A stretch of 20,000 nt of DNA from an uncultured virus (IMG/VR IMGVR_UViG_3300010885_043927) (lineage: Duplodnaviria; Heunggongvirae; Uroviricota; Caudoviricetes). Position 1 is the stretch's first letter. Every line of letters starts with the position of its first letter. The stretch lies in the IMG/VR virus record IMGVR_UViG_3300010885_043927. One strand, written 5' to 3'. Below the pieces are notes generated by a model. It was not told the DNA's origin. It was given only the letters and a program-made list of their open reading frames with translations, and searched no databases. Shown piece by piece: positions 1 to 8,451 of this stretch. The translations under genes and the position numbers were made by a program.

Positions 1-2
1 AT

Positions 3-722
3 CAACCTGGAGTAGAACATAAGACTACCGAAGGTATCTTTGCTCCTTGGTTTTTGTTAAAAGAAGACTTCCAAGCAATAGGTGGTCACGACCCATTATA
101 TGCTCCTCAATCAAAAGAGGATAGTTATATCTTTAATCGTTTCTTGTTAGCAGGTTATTCATTCGTTCAGGTATGGGATGCTGCTATCTATCATATGACT
201 TGTAGAGGAAGTAGGTTTAATCCTACATTAACTACTCCTGGTAAGAATTCTGATGAGTGGGAAAAACAAAATGCTAGGTCTACTAGAAACTTTATTCGTA
301 AATGGGGACATTTTGTTAAGCATGATGAGTTTTTAATGCCTATTGTACCTCATAAATATGACATAGGTTTTGTAATTAAGAATATTACTTTGCAATCCAT
401 GACATTACTTGAACCATGGTGTAGTACTTTATACTCTGATGATGAAATGGGAGTACTAGAAGCTGAATATTGTGGATTAGAGCAACCAAACACTAAGTTT
501 AATCTCAAAAACAAACTTAAGGTTACCAAATACAGCCAACCTAATAATCAGATAGTTGTAGAATTTGATGCTGCTAAGTTAGATCAGTCAGGCTTTAACA
601 TTATAACTCAGTTACCTGAGATATTAGCAGAGTCCGGGGAAATAGGTACATTCGAAGTTGGTATTTTTAAAATCAATATTTATGCTTTAGATACATATGA
701 GCATGAATTGATTAACTTGTAA
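3..722 (+). CDS. Glycosyltransferase (GT2/GT-A-like), C-terminal part; 5'-truncated by the window edge
   Basis: Frame is open from base 3 (QPGVEHKTTEGIFAPWFLL...), upstream of the track's TTG at 54. FAPW...IGGHD-x-LY-x-P-x-S-x-ED-x-x-IFNRF...YH resembles the GGFD...ED.D..R region of GT2 enzymes. Confidence 0.65.
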   Translation, partial: QPGVEHKTTEGIFAPWFLLKEDFQAIGGHDPLYAPQSKEDSYIFNRFLLAGYSFVQVWDAAIYHMTCRGSRFNPTLTTPGKNSDEWEKQNARSTRNFIRKWGHFVKHDEFLMPIVPHKYDIGFVIKNITLQSMTLLEPWCSTLYSDDEMGVLEAEYCGLEQPNTKFNLKNKLKVTKYSQPNNQIVVEFDAAKLDQSGFNIITQLPEILAESGEIGTFEVGIFKINIYALDTYEHELINL

Positions 723-723
723 C

Positions 724-731
724 TATTTATA
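724..731 (+). promoter_or_regulatory. TATTTAT(A) putative phage late-promoter motif
   Basis: TATTTAT occurs in short intergenic gaps, starting about 19-32 nt before an ATG, at 724, 5288, 8094, 8429, 18340 and 19696. Confidence 0.5.
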
Positions 732-744
732 TAAAAAGACAGAC

Positions 745-1065
745 ATGGCATCAATAGTACCTAAGCCTTTATACAAAGCTACATTAGGAGGAGAAGAATT
801 TAATGTTGTATTCGATACAAATATTAACCCCACAAAAAGAGGAGTTAAGATTCGATTTGAACCTACTAATCAGAACATAGATATACGTAAACTAAGTACT
901 CAAGCTGATCAAATAGCAGTGGCTCTTCAAAAAAGATTTGCAGACTTTAATTTACTAATTGAAAGAGATACGGAGGTAAAAGATCCTATGGTTATAGGCT
1001 TTATAATGCCTCTAAGTTCTGTATCTGAATTTATAATGAAAAAAGTTCTTAAAGGAGGAGAGTAA
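745..1065 (+). CDS. Hypothetical protein (106 aa)
   Basis: ORF track; TATTTATA motif upstream; TAATG coupling to the next gene. Confidence 0.75.
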   Translation: MASIVPKPLYKATLGGEEFNVVFDTNINPTKRGVKIRFEPTNQNIDIRKLSTQADQIAVALQKRFADFNLLIERDTEVKDPMVIGFIMPLSSVSEFIMKKVLKGGE

Positions 1066-1433
1066 TGGCAAAGCAAACTAGAATAAGTAGAAAGATCCCT
1101 ATTTTAAATGTATTCCCTATAAACGAGAATACTAGAAAAACTATTCTAGAAGACGATAAAGTAAGACAATTTGTTATAGCAGAGACATTCAGATCGATAA
1201 AAGATGCTTATGCCTCTAAAAAGAAAGTTGCGACTCTATTTAGTTTAAATGGTAAAGAAGTTTTTTACGGTATAGATAAAAAGGATTGGGCACAAGCGTT
1301 AAATAGTTGTATCGATTTTCATATTAAAGCAGATGATTTTGAAATATGTATGGAAATTTCGACTTTACTAGATAAATTAAATACTAAAAAAGTAAATGAC
1401 AAGGTTACAAGATCCAATAAAGGAGACAGTTGA
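1065..1433 (+). CDS. Hypothetical protein with C-terminal helical motif (W-x3-L...D/E-x-F/Y-E-x-C)
   Basis: ORF track; the C-terminal half resembles the interrupted ORF at 2447-2746. Confidence 0.7.
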   Translation: MAKQTRISRKIPILNVFPINENTRKTILEDDKVRQFVIAETFRSIKDAYASKKKVATLFSLNGKEVFYGIDKKDWAQALNSCIDFHIKADDFEICMEISTLLDKLNTKKVNDKVTRSNKGDS

Positions 1434-1815
1434 TTCTATATTAAATGTAGATAGTACTAAGGTAGTTATAAATAAAAAACGAATTCCTAGAAAGGAGCTG
1501 TTTACAGCTATAGTTACTAATATAGAAAAAGTTGCTAATAGGTCTAATTTAGCATTTTTAGATCTTAACCTAGACCTGTCTACATTCGAAGATGCATATT
1601 ACGCTATCATAGACGGTTTAATACTAATGCACTTTGGGTACAAATGTGGAGAGATAATTTCGTTCTATATAAATGAAAGAACTGTTGACGAAGAAGTAAC
1701 AGGATGTAAATTTGAGGACGCTGACGGAAATACTATTGAACTTAAAAACGCAGAAGACCTCTGGAATTATTTAATTTTCCTTAACCCTAAACTATTAGAT
1801 GAAGAAGAAAGGTAG
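1396..1815 (+). CDS. Hypothetical protein (139 aa)
   Basis: ORF track; overlaps both neighbours in operon fashion. Confidence 0.7.
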   Translation: MTRLQDPIKETVDSILNVDSTKVVINKKRIPRKELFTAIVTNIEKVANRSNLAFLDLNLDLSTFEDAYYAIIDGLILMHFGYKCGEIISFYINERTVDEEVTGCKFEDADGNTIELKNAEDLWNYLIFLNPKLLDEEER

Positions 1816-2446
1816 GACAGCAGCTAATCTAACAGAGCAGCAAATTAAATATGCTATGGGTCGTACTTTGAGTAATAGAGCGGCAGCAAGAGTATTAAAT
1901 GTTGGGTACTATACTTATAGGCATTATGCTCGTTTATACTTCGATGTTAAAGAAGGTAAAACTCTTTTCGAAGTACATAAAAATGCTTCAGGGAAAGGAA
2001 TAAAGAAATTTTTTGAAGATAGTAGAGAGCCGAAATTGACAGACCTATTAAAAGAAGGTATGTATCTAGAATCTTACAGCATAGATAAGCTTAAGGCTAG
2101 GTTAATTTACGAAGGAATAGTTGAATGTAAATGCAATAGATGCGGCTTTAACGAAACAAGAGTTCTAGATCATAAAGCTCCTTTGTTATTAAATTACAGA
2201 GATGGTAACAAGACTAACTGGACTTTAGATAATTTAGAGTTTTTATGTTATAATTGTTATTTCTTGTTCATAGGGGATTTTTTATCGAAGAAACAAGAGA
2301 AGAGTATAGAAGACTTTGGGGCTCCTTCTTTAAGAGTACAGGAGCAAGAATGGGAGTTAGACGATTATTACCTAGAACATTTTAGAAGTCTGGGATTAGT
2401 TGACAGAGAAAAAGAAGAAGGATCAGAATTTATAAGCAAATTTTAA
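1799..2446 (+). CDS. HNH-like Zn-finger protein with putative N-terminal HTH; catalytic His apparently missing
   Basis: CNRC...LLLNYRDGNKTNWTLDNLEFLCYNC follows the CxxC...(H)xDGNxxNxxxxNLxxLCxNC HNH pattern. SNRAAARVLNVGYYTYRHY is HTH-like. Confidence 0.7.
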   Translation: MKKKGRTAANLTEQQIKYAMGRTLSNRAAARVLNVGYYTYRHYARLYFDVKEGKTLFEVHKNASGKGIKKFFEDSREPKLTDLLKEGMYLESYSIDKLKARLIYEGIVECKCNRCGFNETRVLDHKAPLLLNYRDGNKTNWTLDNLEFLCYNCYFLFIGDFLSKKQEKSIEDFGAPSLRVQEQEWELDDYYLEHFRSLGLVDREKEEGSEFISKF

Positions 2447-2746
2447 ATGGTATTTCAAGCATATTCTTTTGATGACTTTAAAGATAGAATAAGTAATGGT
2501 GAAACAGTAATATGTAACTACATGCTTAAAGCTATTAGGAAAGGTTTATTAAAGAATTATAAAAGAGTAAAAGTATTTGCTTTTTAAGTAAATGATCAAC
2601 CTGGAGTAAGATTTGATTTCTTTTTAGATAAAGAGCAGTGGTCTTTTACTTTAGAGGGAATTTTAGATGCATATACTAGAGACGAGTTATATGAACAATG
2701 TAAGGAGGTATATGATTTAATACATCAAGAAAAAAATAGAATTTAG
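2447..2746 (+). pseudogene. 99-codon reading frame interrupted by one in-frame TAA (2585-2587); paralog-like to 1065-1433
   Basis: ATG immediately follows the previous stop. Reads MVFQAYSF...VKVFAF*VNDQPGVRFDFFLDKEQWSFTLEGILDAYTRDELYEQCKEVYDLI...NRI, then TAG. Fills an otherwise empty 300-bp gap. Confidence 0.7.
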
Positions 2747-2777
2747 TTTGCTTTTTAAATTTATTATAATACCTTTA
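2747..2777 (+). promoter_or_regulatory. Bacteroidota-type -33/-7 promoter-like motif
   Basis: TTTG-N19-TACCTTTA versus the Bacteroides consensus TTTG-N19-21-TAnnTTTG. Confidence 0.6.
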
Positions 2778-2801
2778 CATCACACTTAAAAATAAATGGT
2801 T

Positions 2802-2927
2802 ATGAAAAATTTAAAATTGAATGAAACACTCACATACATTTTCGATATTTATATCGGATGGTTCTTTGTAAACGGTCGCAAACAACAAGCTTATTGGGAA
2901 TCAATGAAGCAAAAATATTCTAAATGA
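2802..2927 (+). CDS. Small hypothetical protein (41 aa, MKNLKLNETL...KQKYSK)
   Basis: Manual translation; follows the promoter motif and a GGTTATG start context; ATGA overlap with the next gene. Confidence 0.65.
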   Translation: MKNLKLNETLTYIFDIYIGWFFVNGRKQQAYWESMKQKYSK

Positions 2928-3553
2928 ATTTAATTGTCTCTCTTACTTTTTTAATTTTACAGTATGTACAGCTTAATGACGTAGTAGTTCTACCACATAA
3001 AGCATATACTATTCATTATAGTAAAAGCAAGAACTATCCTGTTAAGGTAGAATGGTGGCTTACTAAAGAAATGTTAAGCTGTGTAAAAAAAGTACCGAGA
3101 ACTGATAAATTTATCCAAGACCCATTATTTGTAACCGGAACTAATCTTCAAGATAGCTATACAGGTTCAGGATTCGATAGGGGTCATAATTATAATGCTG
3201 CTGATGCTGCTTGCGACCCTGTTAGTATGAGAGAGAGTTTCTACTTTTCGAATATGACTGCTCAGTATCCGTCTCTTAACAGAGGTGATTGGAAATCTTT
3301 AGAAGAGTATACCCGTAATTTAGCATTAGAGAAAGACTCCATAAGAGTTATATGCGGCTCTTCTGGTGAGCTTAAGAAGATAGGAACTGTTTCTGTCCCT
3401 ATTTCTTGCTGGAAAATTATTTATATTAAAAAAGAGAAAAGAGTTATAGCGTTTATTTTTTCAAATAATCAGTCTAGACCAGATGGTTTCGAAAATAATA
3501 AAGTGCCTGTAGAGGCAGTAAAAGCATTAGCTGAAATAAGAATAGATATATAG
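2924..3553 (+). CDS. DNA/RNA non-specific endonuclease (Serratia NucA/EndoG family), possibly exported
   Basis: GFDRGH active-site motif, SFYFSNMTAQ-x3-LNRGDWKSLE and VP-x3-WKII; hydrophobic N-terminus. Confidence 0.92.
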   Translation: MNLIVSLTFLILQYVQLNDVVVLPHKAYTIHYSKSKNYPVKVEWWLTKEMLSCVKKVPRTDKFIQDPLFVTGTNLQDSYTGSGFDRGHNYNAADAACDPVSMRESFYFSNMTAQYPSLNRGDWKSLEEYTRNLALEKDSIRVICGSSGELKKIGTVSVPISCWKIIYIKKEKRVIAFIFSNNQSRPDGFENNKVPVEAVKALAEIRIDI

Positions 3554-3584
3554 TTTGTTTTAAAAAATTATAAAGTTAAATTAA
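3554..3584 (+). promoter_or_regulatory. Bacteroidota-type promoter-like motif
   Basis: TTTG-N19-TAAATTAA, followed by an AAAAGGTTATG start. Confidence 0.45.
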
Positions 3585-3605
3585 GGTTATAAAATATAAA
3601 AGGTT

Positions 3606-4007
3606 ATGTTATCAAGATATAAAAAAAGATTAGCAGTTTGGTATTCACGATCATTAACACCGCTAGTTACCAGCGACAAATACTCTGCTGATAAAATATT
3701 AATCAGTACCGCATCTTCAATATTCAGAATAGCAGTTAAAGATCCTTCTGCTAAGTTACTATATTCACCCATAGAAAGTAAACGAATTATTAAGCTAGAA
3801 AACAAGGGCATGTTTATCGTCTTATCTAGTTATGTTATAGAAATAACAAATCATAATTTTAGTTATCATTTAGAATTAGGTCAAGTTATGGTTAAGCTAC
3901 ATAAAATGTTTGACACCAAGCTTAGAGAACTAGTAGACAGTGAAGAAGCTCAGTTCAAGGATCAGAGAAGTGTTGGACTTTTATCGGTTTTAGATATATT
4001 AAAATAA
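3606..4007 (+). CDS. Hypothetical protein (133 aa)
   Basis: ORF track; AAAAGGTTATG start context. Confidence 0.75.
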   Translation: MLSRYKKRLAVWYSRSLTPLVTSDKYSADKILISTASSIFRIAVKDPSAKLLYSPIESKRIIKLENKGMFIVLSSYVIEITNHNFSYHLELGQVMVKLHKMFDTKLRELVDSEEAQFKDQRSVGLLSVLDILK

Positions 4008-4043
4008 ACAGCAATTGGTAATTAATTTAACTTTCTAATTAGT

Positions 4044-4469
4044 ATGAAAACTTTAATAAATAAGATAAAATTAGTAATAGGTAAATTATTATTCAAAAAC
4101 AGCATTATAGCAAATTCATCTATAAGCAGTATAGAACCTATAAAATCAGAACAGCAATTAGTTACTAGCATTATGAATAATTTTAATTTTAATAAGGTTC
4201 ATAAAGCTATGACTGCTTTAAAATGGAAATGGGCAACAACAAACGGTTCTGAAATACCAACTGTAGTTGAATTGAGACGTAAGGCTAAAAAAGAACTCCT
4301 TACTGCAATTACATACGCTAAGTCTAAAAAACATAACAATACAGAAGATATACCTCTTGTACTAGAATCGGGAGGTTTTAAAGTAATTGCATTTGTTAAT
4401 AAAGAGTATACTAAAATTGAGATTTTAGAGCTTCAATTTATAGTAGAAAAATGGTACGAAGAAAATTAA
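4044..4469 (+). CDS. Hypothetical phage protein (141 aa)
   Basis: ORF track; protein-like segments IMNNFNFNKVHKAMTALKWKW, PTVVELR and SGGF. Confidence 0.75.
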   Translation: MKTLINKIKLVIGKLLFKNSIIANSSISSIEPIKSEQQLVTSIMNNFNFNKVHKAMTALKWKWATTNGSEIPTVVELRRKAKKELLTAITYAKSKKHNNTEDIPLVLESGGFKVIAFVNKEYTKIEILELQFIVEKWYEEN

Positions 4470-4481
4470 TTAAATTATAAT

Positions 4482-4838
4482 ATGAAACTAATAATCGCTA
4501 TTATCACAGTAGTTACTTTATTATCAGCAGTTTTGTGGACGGCTACTTATAGAAAAGTTAGTCCGGAATCTATGCCGGCGTCTCCAGTATGTAAAGATGA
4601 TTCGTTACAAAATGTGATAGACTCATTAACTACCGAACACGAAATACAAAGAGAAGGATGGGAAAATAAAGAAAAACGATATGAAAGTATTATATTTCAT
4701 TATCAGTATGGGTTAGGCTACATTAAGGATTATGACCCAGCTACATATAAGAAAATAGTTAGAATAGCTATGTTAAGAGAAGATTTTAGTTATGATGTAG
4801 AAAAAGATTTCAAAGAGCAAGTTAGACTAGATAGATAA
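4482..4838 (+). CDS. Hypothetical membrane-anchored or exported protein with coiled coil
   Basis: N-terminal MK plus hydrophobic stretch, followed by a heptad-like region. Confidence 0.7.
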   Translation: MKLIIAIITVVTLLSAVLWTATYRKVSPESMPASPVCKDDSLQNVIDSLTTEHEIQREGWENKEKRYESIIFHYQYGLGYIKDYDPATYKKIVRIAMLREDFSYDVEKDFKEQVRLDR

Positions 4839-4839
4839 T

Positions 4840-5064
4840 ATGGCAACAGCAACTCTAACGTTCGATTTAAACGACCCAGAAGATAAACAAGCACATTTAA
4901 GAGCTATCATGTCATTGGATTTAGTACTAATGATGTGGAAATATGACCAGCATTTACGATCGGAATATAAACATGGCGGTAATGAAGGAGCATATGAGTA
5001 CAGAGAGAAATTTATTCAAATGATGAATGAATATAATATCGATTTAGACAAATTATTATCATAA
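4840..5064 (+). CDS. Hypothetical phage protein (74 aa)
   Basis: ORF track; tight spacing to neighbours. Confidence 0.75.
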   Translation: MATATLTFDLNDPEDKQAHLRAIMSLDLVLMMWKYDQHLRSEYKHGGNEGAYEYREKFIQMMNEYNIDLDKLLS

Positions 5065-5067
5065 GTT

Positions 5068-5259
5068 ATGGATGAGAAGATAAAAGCTACTTCTTACGAA
5101 GGTAGAAAAATTTGCTTTAATTGCGAACAAATGATGTGGATGGTTGGCTTAGGTTTAGGACTTCGCTGTAAACTATCAAGTCCGCCAAAGATTATCGAGC
5201 ATCGGGAACATACTTGTGATAAATTTGAAGTTAAGATTAAGACTCCATCATTAAATTAA
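5068..5259 (+). CDS. Small Cys-rich (CxxC...C...C) putative metal-binding protein
   Basis: ICFNCE...RC...TCDKF pattern. Confidence 0.65.
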   Translation: MDEKIKATSYEGRKICFNCEQMMWMVGLGLGLRCKLSSPPKIIEHREHTCDKFEVKIKTPSLN

Positions 5260-5319
5260 TTAACATAAAAGACAGTTCAGATATAGATATTTATATAATA
5301 ATGTCTATTCAAACCTTTT

Positions 5320-6378
5320 ATGAAACCCAACAAAAATAAAGTACTCTTTATTTTAAAACGCAACGAAAATTATGGAGCCGAACAATATTCTCACGTAGGA
5401 TTAAGCACCGGCCTGTACAACTCAGCTCTCTTTATGAATGAGATGCTTAACAAAGATCATATAGAATCTAAAATGGTAATTGTAACTGATAATAATGATA
5501 TTGATCGGGAAGTAACTGAATTTAAACCATCACATGTTATTATTGAAGCTCTATGGGTAGTTCCGTCTAAGTTTGATGTACTAACTAAGTTACATCCAAA
5601 TGTTAAATGGGTAGTCCGTTTACATAGTGAAGTGCCATTTTTAGCTAATGAAGGAATGGCAATGGACTGGTTAGGTAACTATAGTAAGTACGATAATGTA
5701 GTTGTAGCTTGTAATTCCCCACAGACAACTAAAGACATTCAATTTTACCTAGGTCATAAAAATGACTGGAATAAGAAATTGCAAAAACAGCGAGTAATAT
5801 TCCTACCTAATTACTACCCTCAAGAATACAAATCTAAAAAGTTAAATAAATCAAAAGATAGTATTGAGATAGCTTGCTTTGGTGGTGTTCGTCCATTAAA
5901 AAACCATTTAATACAGGCAATAGCTGCTGTAGGATTAGCTGATAAAATTAATAAGAAGCTTAATTTTCATATTAACTTTAGGTTAGAGCAAAAAGGCGAA
6001 CCCATATTTAACAATTTAGTTGCTTTATTTGAACAATTGGAGAGTAAAGGACATAGGTTAGTAATTCATAAATGGGCATCACGAGAAGAATTTTTAGAAT
6101 TATGTTCTAAAATGGATATAGGAATGCAAGTATCCTTTAACGAAACATTTAATATTGTAGGAGCTGATATGGTGTCACAAGGTATACCGTTAGTAGCATC
6201 ACCTGAGATACCTTGGAGTAGTCATTGGTTTACAACACGTCAAACTAATACAAATGATATATTTGATACTTTACTTAATACGTATAATTACCCTAGTACT
6301 AATGTTTATGTTAATCAATGCTTATTGAAATCATATACAAAGAAAACAAATAAAATCTGGAGAAGCTATTTTAAATAA
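5320..6378 (+). CDS. Glycosyltransferase, GT-B fold (GT4-like)
   Basis: FGGVRPLKN and MDIGMQVSFNETFNIVGADMVSQGIPLVAS match the GT4 GR..K and PS..E.FG...EA...G.PVV motifs. TATTTATA lies upstream at 5288. Confidence 0.8.
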   Translation: MKPNKNKVLFILKRNENYGAEQYSHVGLSTGLYNSALFMNEMLNKDHIESKMVIVTDNNDIDREVTEFKPSHVIIEALWVVPSKFDVLTKLHPNVKWVVRLHSEVPFLANEGMAMDWLGNYSKYDNVVVACNSPQTTKDIQFYLGHKNDWNKKLQKQRVIFLPNYYPQEYKSKKLNKSKDSIEIACFGGVRPLKNHLIQAIAAVGLADKINKKLNFHINFRLEQKGEPIFNNLVALFEQLESKGHRLVIHKWASREEFLELCSKMDIGMQVSFNETFNIVGADMVSQGIPLVASPEIPWSSHWFTTRQTNTNDIFDTLLNTYNYPSTNVYVNQCLLKSYTKKTNKIWRSYFK

Positions 6379-6379
6379 T

Positions 6380-6559
6380 ATGAAAAAAATATTATATACT
6401 ATATTCCCGTCATTAATGCCTAAGCAGTGGAAAACAAGAAACGAAGATTACATTGTATATACTTACGATGAAGATGATGATGTCTTTATTGGGCAAAATA
6501 AAGTAGTAGTTGGATTAGGGTACGTAATAGACCATATGGATCCTTATTACAAAAATTAA
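6380..6559 (+). CDS. Small hypothetical protein (59 aa)
   Basis: Manual translation MKKILYTIFPSLMPKQW...DPYYKN; fills the gap between flanking genes almost exactly. Confidence 0.6.
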   Translation: MKKILYTIFPSLMPKQWKTRNEDYIVYTYDEDDDVFIGQNKVVVGLGYVIDHMDPYYKN

Positions 6560-6563
6560 AATT

Positions 6564-7316
6564 ATGACAAGGAAAGAAGCATTATATAATTCAAAATTAG
6601 CAGTATTAGCTTACTCAAATAGAGACCAGATAAATTGGGAAGAGTATGGATTATTATTAGTAAAGTGGATTGAGAATAAAAAATCAGATACACAAGGATT
6701 TGTTGCGATAAAGGGCAAAACAATTTATATTACGTGGAGAGGCAGCGAATCAAAGAAGGATTTTCAAAACGATGCTTCAATTGATAAAGTACCGTTTATA
6801 AACGAAGGTGAAAAAGTTCACATTGGATTTAAAAGCGCTTGGGAATCAGTATTAGAAGATACATATAACGCAATTGATAATGCATTAGAAAATTTACAGG
6901 GTGAAGCTATCAACATTGTAGTAACTGGACATAGTTTAGGAGGGGCAATAGCAACGCTTTATGCTTATTCAATAAAAAAACATTATTCTAATTATAATGT
7001 CAGTTCAACAACTATAGGAAGTCCAAGAGTAGGTAATAAAGTATTTAAGGAAAATTATGATAATAGCAGTATAGATACTTTGCGAATAGTTCACAACAAC
7101 GATTTAGTAACTCATACACCCTATATTAAATTTTACCACGTTAACTATCAGTTAAGATTAGATAACAATGGAAATGAATTAAAAAGAGATAAATCTCTAA
7201 AATCATTTTGGTTATATGTTAAATCAATATTTTCTGGTAAGAACATAAAAGACCATATGGGTGATGGATATTTAAAAGCATTAGAGAATTGGGCAAAAAG
7301 TAATCAAATAGATTGA
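6564..7316 (+). CDS. Lipase, class 3 (alpha/beta hydrolase)
   Basis: WRGSE, VHIGF, TGHSLGGAIA nucleophile elbow, GSPRVGN, RIVHNNDLVT and C-terminal DH; the Ser-Asp-His triad is plausible. Confidence 0.93.
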   Translation: MTRKEALYNSKLAVLAYSNRDQINWEEYGLLLVKWIENKKSDTQGFVAIKGKTIYITWRGSESKKDFQNDASIDKVPFINEGEKVHIGFKSAWESVLEDTYNAIDNALENLQGEAINIVVTGHSLGGAIATLYAYSIKKHYSNYNVSSTTIGSPRVGNKVFKENYDNSSIDTLRIVHNNDLVTHTPYIKFYHVNYQLRLDNNGNELKRDKSLKSFWLYVKSIFSGKNIKDHMGDGYLKALENWAKSNQID

Positions 7317-7349
7317 AAAAATTAAATCGTAGAAAAAAATAATGTAGTT

Positions 7350-8090
7350 ATGAAAATATGTTGCATAAGTGATACACACAACAAGCATCGGGAATTAAAT
7401 TTACCGGAAGCAGATCTTCTTATACATGCCGGGGATTTAACCGGCGTCGGTAGAAGATATGAAGTTGAAGATGTATTTAAGTGGTTTAAAGAAATAGCTC
7501 CTAACTTTAAGCATGGCATAGTCTTTATAGCAGGTAACCATGATATATCTTTTGATGTTAACTTTGGAGAGTTAGAATTCTTTTTAGAAGATGAGGTGGA
7601 GGTATCTAGAAAGAATAAACCGTTTTGGTTAAGACAGATACTTGAAGAGATAGAGCAAGATAACCTCAGTGTAAAATACTTAGAGAACGATTGGATAATT
7701 GTAGATGACGTAGTCATTTGGGGCTCACCTATAACACCATGGTTCCATGGAGATCGTTGGGCATTCAATAAGCATAGGGGTTATGGTATAAGAGAAGTAT
7801 GGGCTACCATACCTGAAGGCACACATGTAGTAGTAACTCATGGACCTCCTTCTTTTAAGGGAGACTTTATTCCTAGTACCGAAGAATATGTTGGCTGTGA
7901 TGACTTACGAGATGAACTAGATTACAGAATTAAACCTTTACTCCATGTATACGGCCATATTCACGAAGGATATGGAGTCTATGGAGATGGTAATAACCTA
8001 TATGCTAACGCTAGTTCCTGTAATGAGCATTACGACATAGTTAATAAGCCATTACTTTTCGAAATAGGAAGAACTATCAAAGTGTTGTAG
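7350..8090 (+). CDS. Calcineurin-like metallophosphoesterase (MPPED1/239FB-like)
   Basis: ISDTH, HAGD, AGNHD, THGPP and GHIHE motifs. Confidence 0.92.
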   Translation: MKICCISDTHNKHRELNLPEADLLIHAGDLTGVGRRYEVEDVFKWFKEIAPNFKHGIVFIAGNHDISFDVNFGELEFFLEDEVEVSRKNKPFWLRQILEEIEQDNLSVKYLENDWIIVDDVVIWGSPITPWFHGDRWAFNKHRGYGIREVWATIPEGTHVVVTHGPPSFKGDFIPSTEEYVGCDDLRDELDYRIKPLLHVYGHIHEGYGVYGDGNNLYANASSCNEHYDIVNKPLLFEIGRTIKVL

Positions 8091-8112
8091 TAATATTTAT
8101 TAATAAAGAATT

Positions 8113-8340
8113 ATGAAAAATTCTATAAAAGAAATGTCCGGTAAGGACTATCACTTTAATAAGGTACTATCTTATTTTGATAGTTTAGAAGACGAAAGAG
8201 AGAAAGCTCAAGCAGGAGCTATAATTACTCTACGACCAACAAAAGATAGAAATAAAATAATTCATGCTCTAGAAGATATGGACTATTCAGAAATAACAAC
8301 TACTGAAGATGATTTAGGAATTGGCGATGAAAAGATCTAG
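8113..8340 (+). CDS. Hypothetical acidic protein (75 aa)
   Basis: ORF track; TATTTAT upstream at 8094. Confidence 0.65.
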   Translation: MKNSIKEMSGKDYHFNKVLSYFDSLEDEREKAQAGAIITLRPTKDRNKIIHALEDMDYSEITTTEDDLGIGDEKI

Positions 8341-8413
8341 GAAGTATACTAAAGAAAGAGCTGCAGAATTTAAAGCTTATATAGAAGAGAAATACGGCAT
8401 TAAGCTCGTTTAA
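8327..8413 (+). CDS. Very small hypothetical protein (28 aa, MKRSRKYTKERAAEFKAYIEEKYGIKLV)
   Basis: Manual translation; overlaps the previous stop and fills the gap. Confidence 0.45.
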   Translation: MKRSRKYTKERAAEFKAYIEEKYGIKLV

Positions 8414-8451
8414 AAGTACACCTTATAGTATTTATACTAAATAACTGTTAC

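Noticed and set aside
3587..3811. Minus-strand ORF (74 aa)
   Set aside because: Antisense shadow of the + strand gene 3606-4007.
7322..7768. Minus-strand ORF (148 aa)
   Set aside because: Antisense to a metallophosphoesterase with clear motifs; Ser-rich composition typical of shadow frames.
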